A stretch of 34,240 bases of DNA, taken from Acidimicrobiia bacterium (GTDB lineage Bacteria > Actinomycetota > Acidimicrobiia > Spongiisociales > UBA11373). The notes beneath the pieces were generated by a model, which saw only the letters and a program-made list of their open reading frames with translations, was not told where the DNA came from and made no database searches. Position 1 is the first letter of the stretch, and each line of letters opens with the position of its first letter. Positions 8,526-16,562 of this stretch are shown piece after piece. Where the stretch lies: positions 1-34,240 of the forward strand of contig DATKBG010000109.1 of assembly GCA_035514255.1 (NCBI GenBank). The letters run 5' to 3'. The position numbers and the translations under genes were made by a program.

Positions 8526-9634
8526 CCGGAGGTCCCATACTGCAGCAGCACGGTCGGGGGACGATCGGGACGTCGCAGGATCTCGTAGGCCTCCGGGGCG
8601 CGGTCGATCGGCACGCGATCGGGCGCCAGCTGGCCGACGTCGACGACACCACGGGCCAGCAAGTCGAGGAAGTACGCCTGGTTGCGGTTCTCGGTCCAAC
8701 GGGCAAGGCCGATCGGGTAGTCGATGTTGCCTTCCTCGTAGACCGGGTCGTATCGCCCCGGTCCGTAACCCACCGCCGGATGCAACGACACACGGTTGGC
8801 GAAGAACCGGCCTCGGTCGATGTTCCAACCAAACAGGCCCAGTCCCACCACCCGAGCCCGTTGCCGGCACATGTCGAAGCATTGGTTGAGCGGCTCGCTC
8901 GACTCGGACTTGATGCCGAGGACGACTGCGTCTGCGCCGTATCCATCCGTCAGACTCTTGACTTCGGCGACGATGTCGGCCGAGGTCGGGTCGAGCACGT
9001 GGTCGATCCCGAGGTCGCGCGCCAGCTGTCGTCTGGCCGGGTCGATGTCGATGCCGACCGACCTGAACCCGGCTGCCTGACCGATCTGGGCACCGAGAAG
9101 CCCGAGCAGCCCGAGGCCGTACTGGACGATCGTCTCGCCGAACTGACAGTCGGTCTCGCGCAGCCCGGCGACCGCGATGGAACCGAGCGTGACGAATGCG
9201 GCCTGGTCGAGAGCCACGCCGTCAGGGACCTTCGCCACCAGATGGCGGGGCACCGCCACGACTTCGGCGTGGTGGGCGCATTGGGAGCCAGAGCAGGCCA
9301 CCAGGTCGCCCGGAGCGATGTCGACCACCTGGTCGTCGACATCGATGACCTCGCCGGCCAGGCTGTATCCGATGGCGATGTGATCGGGATCCGACGGCTT
9401 GGGCATCGGATGATCGAGCTCGACCGGCGTTCTGGTCTTGGGCCAGTAGGGCGGAACCGCCGGGTATTCGTGGATGCCGAAGTCCTCGTCGGCGGATCCC
9501 TCGATCAGCCACATCTCGGTCCCGACGCTGATCGCCGAATAGGCCGGGCGAACGAGGACCTCGCCGGTCCGAAGTTCCGGCTCCGGCACCTCCCTCACGA
9601 CGGCGGCACCGCGATGGGCGAACACTCGCTTCAT
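8522..9634 (-). CDS. MDR-superfamily (alcohol dehydrogenase-like) oxidoreductase, atypical, apparently without zinc ligands
   Basis: GroES-like N-terminus (GEVLVRPAYSAISVGTE, IGYSLAGEVIDV, PGDLVAC). Rossmann segment VQYGLGLLGLLGAQIGQAAGF. Clear paralog of 17466..18557. GGAGG lies 9 nt upstream of the ATG. Confidence 0.8.
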   Translation of the reverse strand: MKRVFAHRGAAVVREVPEPELRTGEVLVRPAYSAISVGTEMWLIEGSADEDFGIHEYPAVPPYWPKTRTPVELDHPMPKPSDPDHIAIGYSLAGEVIDVDDQVVDIAPGDLVACSGSQCAHHAEVVAVPRHLVAKVPDGVALDQAAFVTLGSIAVAGLRETDCQFGETIVQYGLGLLGLLGAQIGQAAGFRSVGIDIDPARRQLARDLGIDHVLDPTSADIVAEVKSLTDGYGADAVVLGIKSESSEPLNQCFDMCRQRARVVGLGLFGWNIDRGRFFANRVSLHPAVGYGPGRYDPVYEEGNIDYPIGLARWTENRNQAYFLDLLARGVVDVGQLAPDRVPIDRAPEAYEILRRPDRPPTVLLQYGTSG

Positions 9635-9667
9635 TTCCGGCGACCTCCGTGGCTCACGGGCTTCCTG

Positions 9668-9683
9668 GCTCCATTCCTCATTG
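9668..9683 (+). repeat. 16-mer gctccattcctcattg, copy 1 (identical copy at 28721-28736)
   Basis: Exact match read directly from both intergenic regions, same orientation. Confidence 0.9.
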
Positions 9684-9712
9684 TTAACCTATTTTTGCTT
9701 TATATAGTGCGA
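9678..9712. promoter_or_regulatory. AT-rich island with candidate divergent promoters
   Basis: tcattgttaacctatttttgctttatatagtgcga sits in otherwise G+C-rich DNA. On the plus strand TTGTTA (9681-9686), 16 bp, TATAGT (9703-9708). On the minus strand a TATATA -10 lies in the same block. It separates the 9634(-) and 9848(+) operons. Confidence 0.4.
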
Positions 9713-9847
9713 ACTCGGCCGAGGAACACACTCGGGCATCCCACGAGATCGAAGATTCTACGCCCCCGGCCCCCGCAAATAGCAAACTTCTTGACAAAAG
9801 GCGGAGGCCTTGGGAGCCTTCGCTCCCTCCCACTTCGAGGTTGACGC

Positions 9848-10459
9848 ATGGGATCGCCTTCAGTTCGTGCCCATACGGGCCGCGTGGTCCACTCCATGGA
9901 TCATTTCGTGCTCGATCTCGCCACGCCCGACATCAAGATCGCCTACTTCACGGTCTACTCGCTCGGGCACATGGCGGAGATGGGCTCTGGCCGTGTCGCC
10001 CTTCTGAGCGCCACCACCAACGTGGGCTTGGTCGACGTCTGCTTCGCCGAGACACTGGAACTGGGTGAGCGAATGCAGGCCCGCCTCCGGGCGCTACGCC
10101 AGGATGGCGGTCGCGCTCCGGAGGTGGGAGTCTCCAGCACCCCGGTCTTGGGGTCCTTCAGCCTCACCCCCTCGGAGGAAGGAGAGTTCACCTGGACGGT
10201 CGACTCGACCGCGCACCGGGTGGAGGCGACGTGGCGCTCCGGTCACGAGCCGTTCTTCGTGAGCGCCCCGATGGGCTCATTTCATCCGAGTCGTGACTAC
10301 GTCGCCACGATGATCAGCTTCGGCCAGGCCGATCTTCGGATCGATGACGACGCGGTCGACGGCCATCCGTATCCCCACGCCTGGTTCGAGGAAGTGCTGG
10401 GACGAACCTTCAGTTCCTGCCATGTGGCGCTCGCTGAGACGGCAGTCGAGGCAACGTGA
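9848..10459 (+). CDS. hypothetical protein (no family recognised), first gene of the amidohydrolase operon
   Basis: 203-aa ORF with good codon bias. GAGG lies 7 nt upstream of ATG 9848; ATG 9896 is an alternative start. The stop overlaps the next start (GTGA at 10456-10459). Confidence 0.6.
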   Translation: MGSPSVRAHTGRVVHSMDHFVLDLATPDIKIAYFTVYSLGHMAEMGSGRVALLSATTNVGLVDVCFAETLELGERMQARLRALRQDGGRAPEVGVSSTPVLGSFSLTPSEEGEFTWTVDSTAHRVEATWRSGHEPFFVSAPMGSFHPSRDYVATMISFGQADLRIDDDAVDGHPYPHAWFEEVLGRTFSSCHVALAETAVEAT

Positions 10460-11646
10460 CACCGGACGCGTCGCTGGTGGTCTCGGGCGCGCGCATCGTC
10501 GATGCCCGCGGCGTGGTGGCCGAACACGCCGACCTCCGCATCGACGGCTCGAAGATCACCGCGATCGGCGACATCGCCCAGACCGATGCCGTCAGAGTGA
10601 TCGATGCCGCGGGACGTACCGTCTGTCCCGGCTTGATGAACGCCCACGCCCACGTGTGCTTCGATGCCAGCGCCGACCCGGAGCCGGCCTTTCGGTCCGA
10701 ATCCGATGCCGAGACCGCGCTGCGGGCACTTCCCCGTCTCGCCGAGACGCTGTCCCGCGGTGTCACCTCGATCCGTGATCTCGGTGGCAAGGAGGACGTG
10801 ACGCTCACCCTCGCTCGACTCGGCGCGGAGGGTCTGGTCACGACACCGCGGATTCTGGCGGCGGGCCGTGTCGTCACGATGACGGGCGGTCACGGGCACT
10901 GGATGGGGATCGAAGTGGACGGACCCGACGAGGCACGCCGCGCCGCCCGTCGGATGATCAAGGCGGGAGCCGGCGTCATCAAGGTGATGGCCACAGCCGG
11001 GATGATGACCGCCGGCCAACGGGCGGGAGCCCCCCAGCTCAGCGCTGCGGAGATGGCGGCCTGCGTCGAAGAGGCGCACAAAGCAGGGATCGGCGTGGCC
11101 GCCCATGTCGAGGGGATCGAAGGCGCCGCCAATGCGATCGCCGCCGGGGTGGACTCCATCGAGCATGGCCATGGGCTCGATGACACCCAACTCGAAGCGA
11201 TGATCGATGCCGGCATCGTCCTCGTTCCCACGATTGCTTGCGATCGAGCGATCACGCAGCGCGGCCGAGCCGCGGGCATCCCCGGGTTCATCGTCGACGA
11301 TTGCGCCCGTCTCGCTCCCAGCCTCGAGAGGGCCTTGACCCGCGCCATCGAACTCGGTGTCAGGATCGCGGCGGGCAACGACGGTGGTGCTCCGTTGACA
11401 GCTCCAGGAGATCTGGTGGACGAACTGGCGGTCTACGTCGAACACGGCATGACGCCGGTCGAGGCGCTGGCGTCGGCGACGTCCACTTCCGCCGCACTCT
11501 TCGGATGGCCCGATATCGGACTCGTCGAGCCAGGACACGAAGCCGACCTCCTGGTGGTCTCGGGGGATCCCTGCCAGTCGGTCGACGCCCTCCGCGAGCC
11601 CGAGGTCGTCATCGCCCGTGGGCGCGTCGTGCAGACCTCGAATTGA
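10456..11646 (+). CDS. metal-dependent amidohydrolase (COG1228-like, imidazolonepropionase/Xaa-Pro dipeptidase-related)
   Basis: N-terminal beta-sandwich segment (VVSGARIVDARG...LRIDGSKITAIG), HxH motif in PGLMNAHAHV, IKVMATAG (carboxylated-Lys position), AAHVEG, IEHGH and AAGNDGG. Confidence 0.85.
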   Translation: MTPDASLVVSGARIVDARGVVAEHADLRIDGSKITAIGDIAQTDAVRVIDAAGRTVCPGLMNAHAHVCFDASADPEPAFRSESDAETALRALPRLAETLSRGVTSIRDLGGKEDVTLTLARLGAEGLVTTPRILAAGRVVTMTGGHGHWMGIEVDGPDEARRAARRMIKAGAGVIKVMATAGMMTAGQRAGAPQLSAAEMAACVEEAHKAGIGVAAHVEGIEGAANAIAAGVDSIEHGHGLDDTQLEAMIDAGIVLVPTIACDRAITQRGRAAGIPGFIVDDCARLAPSLERALTRAIELGVRIAAGNDGGAPLTAPGDLVDELAVYVEHGMTPVEALASATSTSAALFGWPDIGLVEPGHEADLLVVSGDPCQSVDALREPEVVIARGRVVQTSN

Positions 11647-11662
11647 TTATCGTGCTTGATCA

Positions 11663-12700
11663 ATGTTTCGAACGTGGCGGCCGACGATGAGCAGTGCCCC
11701 ACCGCCCGGTGTCCACCGTCGTCAGCCCATGGGTGGGTGGCCAGATCCCCCCGCCCCGACGGCCTCGGAGCTGTTCGCGGCGGCCGGCATCGTCCGCGCC
11801 GCCCACGAGCCCACGCCGCTCATCCGCTCACACCCGCTCAGTCGCACATCCGGACGGGACGTCTTTCTCAAACTGGAGGGGTCGTCGGCCGTGCGCTCCT
11901 TCAAGTTTCGCGGCGCCCTGGGCGCCATCGCCGCCGCCACCGCGGATCACCCGAAGCGTCCCGTCGTCACCGCTTCGACCGGAAACCACGGCCAGGGCAT
12001 GGCATTCGCCGGTTCGTATCACGGAGTCGGGGTGACGGTTGTGGCGCCAAACGGCACCCTCCCCGAGAAGCGCCGGGCCATGGAGATGCTCGGGGCCACC
12101 GTGATCGTCGCAGGGGGGAATCTGACCGAAGCCGAGGATCACGCCCGGGAGGTTGCTCGCCGTGAGGGTGCCCTGTACATCGAGGACGGCGAGTCACCGC
12201 ACCTCATGGTGGGGGCGGCATCGGTCGCCCTGGAGATGTTGGACGCAGAGCCGGATCTCGATGTGATCCTCGTCCCCGTGGGTGGGGGCAACCTCATCGC
12301 CGCGACACTGCTGGCGGTTGCAGCCAGGGAGTCGAGCGCCACGGTCATCGGCGTCCAGTCGAGTGCGGCACCCGGGGCCACGATGAGCTGGTTGGAGGGC
12401 GAGATCGTCCGGCACGCGTCGAACACCTACGCCGGTGGATTGGCGACCGAACGGCCGGGCGAACTTTCCCTGCGTGTCATGACGCGGCTTCTCCCGACGA
12501 TGATCCTCGTCACCGACGACGACCTCGTACGGGTCACGGGTGAGGCGTTCCGGACACTCGGCCTGGTCGTCGAGGGGGCGGCTGCCGCCCCGCTGGCGGC
12601 CCTCAGCCTCCATCCGGCCGCGATCGATGGCCGCCAGGTCGGCGTGGTGGTCACGGGCAGCTGGCTCTCCGCCGACCAACTGACAGCGAGCCTGGCGTGA
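11663..12700 (+). CDS. PLP-dependent beta-family enzyme (threonine/serine dehydratase-like)
   Basis: TPLIRSHPLS...VFLKLEGSSAVRSFKFRGA carries the PLP lysine motif. STGNHGQG and the glycine loop VPVGGGNLIA also match. The start is uncertain (ATG 11663, 11687 or 11729). The stop overlaps the next start (GTGA at 12697-12700). Confidence 0.8.
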   Translation: MFRTWRPTMSSAPPPGVHRRQPMGGWPDPPAPTASELFAAAGIVRAAHEPTPLIRSHPLSRTSGRDVFLKLEGSSAVRSFKFRGALGAIAAATADHPKRPVVTASTGNHGQGMAFAGSYHGVGVTVVAPNGTLPEKRRAMEMLGATVIVAGGNLTEAEDHAREVARREGALYIEDGESPHLMVGAASVALEMLDAEPDLDVILVPVGGGNLIAATLLAVAARESSATVIGVQSSAAPGATMSWLEGEIVRHASNTYAGGLATERPGELSLRVMTRLLPTMILVTDDDLVRVTGEAFRTLGLVVEGAAAAPLAALSLHPAAIDGRQVGVVVTGSWLSADQLTASLA

Positions 12701-14286
12701 CCGAACGCACGCTGATCAGCGGCGGTCTGGTCGTCGACGGGACCGGCCGTCCGGGTCAGATCGGAGACGTCCTCGTCGATGACGGGGTGATAGTCGGTGT
12801 CGGTCGATGGCCGGATGGACACCTCGAGGCTCAGTCCGTCGACGCCGCCGGCATGGTGGTCGCGCCAGGTTTCATCGATCTGCACACGCACGCCGACTAT
12901 TCGATCCTGGCCTTCCCCGATGCGGCCAGTGCCCTCCGTCAGGGAGTCACGACGGTGGCGGTCGGGAACTGCGGCGGGGGGATCGCCCCGATCGGGGACA
13001 GCCACGACATCCGGCCGGTGGCGTTCGCGTACCAACCCGAGTGGGGAGTGGAGACCGACTGGCGGACCTTTCCGGAGTACATCGACCGCCTGGGCGGGCT
13101 CGGAGTCAATGTCGCCGCGATCGTTCCCCACGGGGCGCTGCGAAACTCCGTCTTGGGCATCAACGCCCGGCCGGCGACATCTGCCGAGCTCGACGCGATG
13201 GCGGCCGCGCTCGACGACGCATTGGACGCAGGGGCAGTCGGGATGTCGACGGGGCTGCAATACCGACCTGGCTGCTGGGCGCCCGCCTCCGAAATCCGAC
13301 GTCTGGTGGAGATCGTCGGCAGCCATGGCCGCATGTATGCCACGCACATGCGGGACCGCTCTGAACGCTACGCCGATGCGATCCGCGAGAGCCTGGAGGC
13401 GGTGTACGACACCGACGCCCACCTCCAACTCTCGCATGTGGCGCCCCGCCCGAATGCCAGACACCCTGTGATCGTCGAAGCCTACGAGCTCATGGCCGCG
13501 GTCTCGGCCTCCGGGCGACGCTTCGGGGTCGACACCTTCCCCGAACCGTGGGGACCGGGCCTCCTCGTCGACCTCTTTCCCTCCGAACTGATGGACGGCG
13601 ACACGTCCCAGGTGTTGGCTCGCCTTCGAGATTCGTCGGTACGCGCGGAGATGGAGGCCCACATCGATGCCGGATCGAGCTTCCTCGCCCGGGTGGCCGG
13701 CTACGACGACATCTACCTGTCGTGGGTTCCCGAACGGCCCGACCTGGTCGGAGCGTGCCTCGGGACCGTTGCCGATCCGAGCCAGGGTCTCGGCGCGTTC
13801 TGCTGTGACGTGCTCCTCGAAGCGGGAGAGCGACTCCGCCAGGTGGGTATCAGGCACATCTACGCCGACGAGGCCGCCCTCCGGGACGTGCTCGCGTTCG
13901 GCTTCTGCAGCGTGGCATCCGACGGCATCGTCACTTCTGGCGAGGATGCCGCGGCTCCGCTGTTGTGGAGTGCGTCGACCTACGGATTCACCGCACGCCT
14001 TTTCGAGCACTACGTGCGAGGTGCACCGCTTCTGTCGTTGGAGGAAGCGGTCCGCCGCCTGACGTCGCTTCCCGCGTCGGCGCTCGGTCTCGCCGACCGC
14101 GGCACCCTCGCCGTCGGAGCGCGGGCCGATCTGGTGGTGTTCGACCCCTCCCGGATCCACGACCGGTCCTCGCCGGAGGAGATGGCTCGCCATCCGGCGG
14201 GCATCTCCGCGGTGATAGTGAACGGCTCGATCGCAGTCGACTCCGAGGGCCTGACGGGCGTCCGAGCAGGACGTCTCGCGACGTGA
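12697..14286 (+). CDS. N-acyl-D-amino-acid deacylase (D-aminoacylase) family amidohydrolase
   Basis: GGLVVDGTG...VLVDDGVIVGVG, PGFIDLHTHADYS, GVTTVAVGNCG, GAVGMSTGLQY, MYATHMRD, LQLSHV and a C-terminal GTLAVGARADLVVFDP. This matches the architecture of the D-aminoacylase family. Confidence 0.8.
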   Translation: MTERTLISGGLVVDGTGRPGQIGDVLVDDGVIVGVGRWPDGHLEAQSVDAAGMVVAPGFIDLHTHADYSILAFPDAASALRQGVTTVAVGNCGGGIAPIGDSHDIRPVAFAYQPEWGVETDWRTFPEYIDRLGGLGVNVAAIVPHGALRNSVLGINARPATSAELDAMAAALDDALDAGAVGMSTGLQYRPGCWAPASEIRRLVEIVGSHGRMYATHMRDRSERYADAIRESLEAVYDTDAHLQLSHVAPRPNARHPVIVEAYELMAAVSASGRRFGVDTFPEPWGPGLLVDLFPSELMDGDTSQVLARLRDSSVRAEMEAHIDAGSSFLARVAGYDDIYLSWVPERPDLVGACLGTVADPSQGLGAFCCDVLLEAGERLRQVGIRHIYADEAALRDVLAFGFCSVASDGIVTSGEDAAAPLLWSASTYGFTARLFEHYVRGAPLLSLEEAVRRLTSLPASALGLADRGTLAVGARADLVVFDPSRIHDRSSPEEMARHPAGISAVIVNGSIAVDSEGLTGVRAGRLAT

Positions 14287-14469
14287 CCTTCCCCAATCCC
14301 ACAGAGGGGTCCATGACCGCCCACCGCATCGAGGCGGGGCTTCTCATCAGGGGAGACGGTTCCGCGGTCGAACAGGCGGTCGTGATCATCGAAGGCGAGA
14401 CCATCACTTTCGCCGGATCCGACCACCGCACCAACCACGCCGGGAGCGTCCGTCATCAGGACTCCGACC

Positions 14470-15585
14470 GTGATGCCGGGCATGTGGGATGCCCACTGTC
14501 ACTTCTTCGGGATTCGACGCCCGAATCTCGAAGCGCTGCTGACCGATCCGGTGATGGTGCGCTCGATGCGAGTCACCGAGGACGCCCGCCGGGCCCTGAT
14601 GGCAGGCTTCACCAGCGTCCGGGAGATGGGGGGTCTCGGCGTATATCTCATGCGGTCGGTGGCCGAGGGCTCCGTCGTCGGCCCCAACGTCTACGCGGCC
14701 GGGTCGATCCTCAGTGCCACCGCAGGACACGGAGACATCCACTCGATTCCTGAGGAGTGGATGTCGACCGGCGGCCGGATCGACGACCTCGCACTCTGCG
14801 ATGGACCCGACGAATGCCGCAGGGCCGTTCGCCGCCAGCTTCGGAAGGGTGCCAGGGTGATCAAGGTCTGTGCGTCCGGGGGGGTGCTGAGCGAATTCGA
14901 CGACCCCCAGCACCAGCAGTTCTCACACGACGAGCTGGCCGCCATCGTCGAGGAAGCCGCGCTCGCCGAACGGGTCGTCGCGGCTCACTGTCATGGGAAG
15001 GCCGGAATCATGGCTGCGGTCCGTGCCGGTGTGCGAACGATCGAACACGGGACGTACCTCGACAAAGAGGCCGCCACCGCCATGGCGGACACCGGCACGA
15101 TCCTGGTGGCCACTCGGTTCGTCGGAGCCGAGTTGCTGTCCCAGCCACCGGAGGCGGGCCTCGCCGGCTTCGCTCGCCGCAAGCTGACCGAGACGTTCCG
15201 GCGGGGCCGCGAGGCGGTCGCGGCCGCCCTCGATGCGGGCGTCATCGTCGCGGTGGGAACGGACATCCTGACCAGCGACGATCAGTGGGGTCGCAACGGA
15301 GGAGAGTTGGCGCTGCTGGTGGAGTGTGGGATGTCTCCCGAACAGGCGATCGTCGGTGCCACCTCGGTCGGTCCGTTGACCGTGGGACCACAGGCGGTGG
15401 GAGCCAGCGTGTTGGCGGCGGGCCAACCCGCCGACGTGATCGCCGTCTCGGCGGACCCGCGGCGCCGCATCGGGGTGCTGGCGGATGGAGACAACGTCAC
15501 CCACGTCTGGAAGGCGGGAGTCCTGGTCAAGGGGGATGCTGCTGGTCCCCCCGGAGTTCAGACTGCGGGAACCGTCACCGGCTGA
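14470..15585 (+). CDS. metal-dependent amidohydrolase (COG1228-like); the N-terminal segment lies in another frame (probable frameshift or pseudogene)
   Basis: VMPGMWDAHCHF (HxH) sits right at the ORF start, followed by IKVCASGG, AAHCHG, IEHGT and AVGTD. The expected N-terminal beta-sandwich segment MTAHRIEAGLLIRGDGSAVEQAVVIIEGETITFAGS is encoded from ATG 14313 (GAGGGG upstream) in a different frame. Confidence 0.75.
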   Translation: MMPGMWDAHCHFFGIRRPNLEALLTDPVMVRSMRVTEDARRALMAGFTSVREMGGLGVYLMRSVAEGSVVGPNVYAAGSILSATAGHGDIHSIPEEWMSTGGRIDDLALCDGPDECRRAVRRQLRKGARVIKVCASGGVLSEFDDPQHQQFSHDELAAIVEEAALAERVVAAHCHGKAGIMAAVRAGVRTIEHGTYLDKEAATAMADTGTILVATRFVGAELLSQPPEAGLAGFARRKLTETFRRGREAVAAALDAGVIVAVGTDILTSDDQWGRNGGELALLVECGMSPEQAIVGATSVGPLTVGPQAVGASVLAAGQPADVIAVSADPRRRIGVLADGDNVTHVWKAGVLVKGDAAGPPGVQTAGTVTG

Positions 15586-16562
15586 CCTGTCGCGATCGCT
15601 TCCTCGACACACCGCGAGACGAGCAAGGACATGATCCCGTCCCGGCTTCCGGGGACGGCCGGCCCCTCCCCGGCGATTGCGGCCACGAGGGCGGCGAGCA
15701 ATGGCGCCGTCCCTGCTCGGAACGGGTCCTCGGTGGAGTCCACGACTTCCGTGTGGGCCGGTTCGTTCCCTGGCCGATTGAGCGCGAGACGTCGACCGTG
15801 ATCGTGGATCGTGGCGTTGACACCGGCTCCCGCCGACTGGAAGGCCCACGTGGACACGAGACCGCTGGCGGCGGCTGTGCCGTGGACGACCGCGGCGATG
15901 GCGCCGTTGTCGAACAGCAACGTGGCCACCGTCGTGTCCGCCTCGCCCAGGGCCGGCTCGGCGACGAGGGCGCCCTCGGCGAAGACCCTGACCACCTCGG
16001 CCCCGCTCAGGAAACGCAGCATGTCGACGGCGTGAACGAGCGAACTCACGAGCCGTCCGCCGCTGAACGCCCGGTCGTTGACCCAACCGCTGGAACCCGG
16101 TGGTGCAGGGTCGTACAGCGTGTGAGCCACCAGGACGCGCGGATCGGGAACCGCCTGCTTGGCGGCGACGGCGGCCGCGGTGAACCGGAACTTGTATCCG
16201 AGCACCACCACGACTCCCGCCGCCTCGGCGCTCGCCTGGATCTCCCGGCACTCCTCGATCGAGATCGCCATCGGCTTCTCCAGGAGCATGTGCCGGCCGT
16301 GTGCCGCCGCCTGAAGAGCCAGTTCGTGGTGGGTGTGGGTGGTGGTGGCGATCACGACCGCGTCGATCGCGGGGTCGGCCCACACATCGTCGGCCAACGT
16401 CGACGACCACCCCGCCCCGAGATCGGCTGCCAACTCGTCTGCGCGGTCTCCGTCCACATCGATGCACGCGATCAGATCGGCCCTGGTCGATGCGGCCACG
16501 TTCTCGGCGTGGATCCGACCCTGAAACCCCGAGCCGAGCACGGCGACGCCGAGACGCTTCAC
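15558..16562 (-). CDS. Gfo/Idh/MocA-family NAD(P)-dependent oxidoreductase
   Basis: LGVAVLGSGFQGRIHAENV Rossmann start and the LLEKPMA motif. GTGA overlap with the upstream FAH gene at 16559-16562. The 3' end overlaps the convergent amidohydrolase by 28 bp. Confidence 0.85.
   Translation of the reverse strand: MKRLGVAVLGSGFQGRIHAENVAASTRADLIACIDVDGDRADELAADLGAGWSSTLADDVWADPAIDAVVIATTTHTHHELALQAAAHGRHMLLEKPMAISIEECREIQASAEAAGVVVVLGYKFRFTAAAVAAKQAVPDPRVLVAHTLYDPAPPGSSGWVNDRAFSGGRLVSSLVHAVDMLRFLSGAEVVRVFAEGALVAEPALGEADTTVATLLFDNGAIAAVVHGTAAASGLVSTWAFQSAGAGVNATIHDHGRRLALNRPGNEPAHTEVVDSTEDPFRAGTAPLLAALVAAIAGEGPAVPGSRDGIMSLLVSRCVEEAIATGQPVTVPAV

Noticed and set aside
12427-14193. Very long ORFs antisense to or overlapping confident genes. 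Examples are 12427..14193 (-, 588 aa), 14757..16643 (+, 628 aa), 14923..16467 (-, 514 aa), 8285..9844 (+, 519 aa), 32334..33809 (+, 491 aa), 21605..23023 (+, 472 aa), 26790..28058 (+, 422 aa), 10297..11538 (-, 413 aa) and 1549..2742 (+, 397 aa).
   Set aside because: Their translations are Arg/Pro/Gly/Asp-rich with no motifs. They lie opposite to, or out of frame with, genes that have clear family signatures. Such shadow ORFs are expected in high-G+C DNA, where stop codons are rare.
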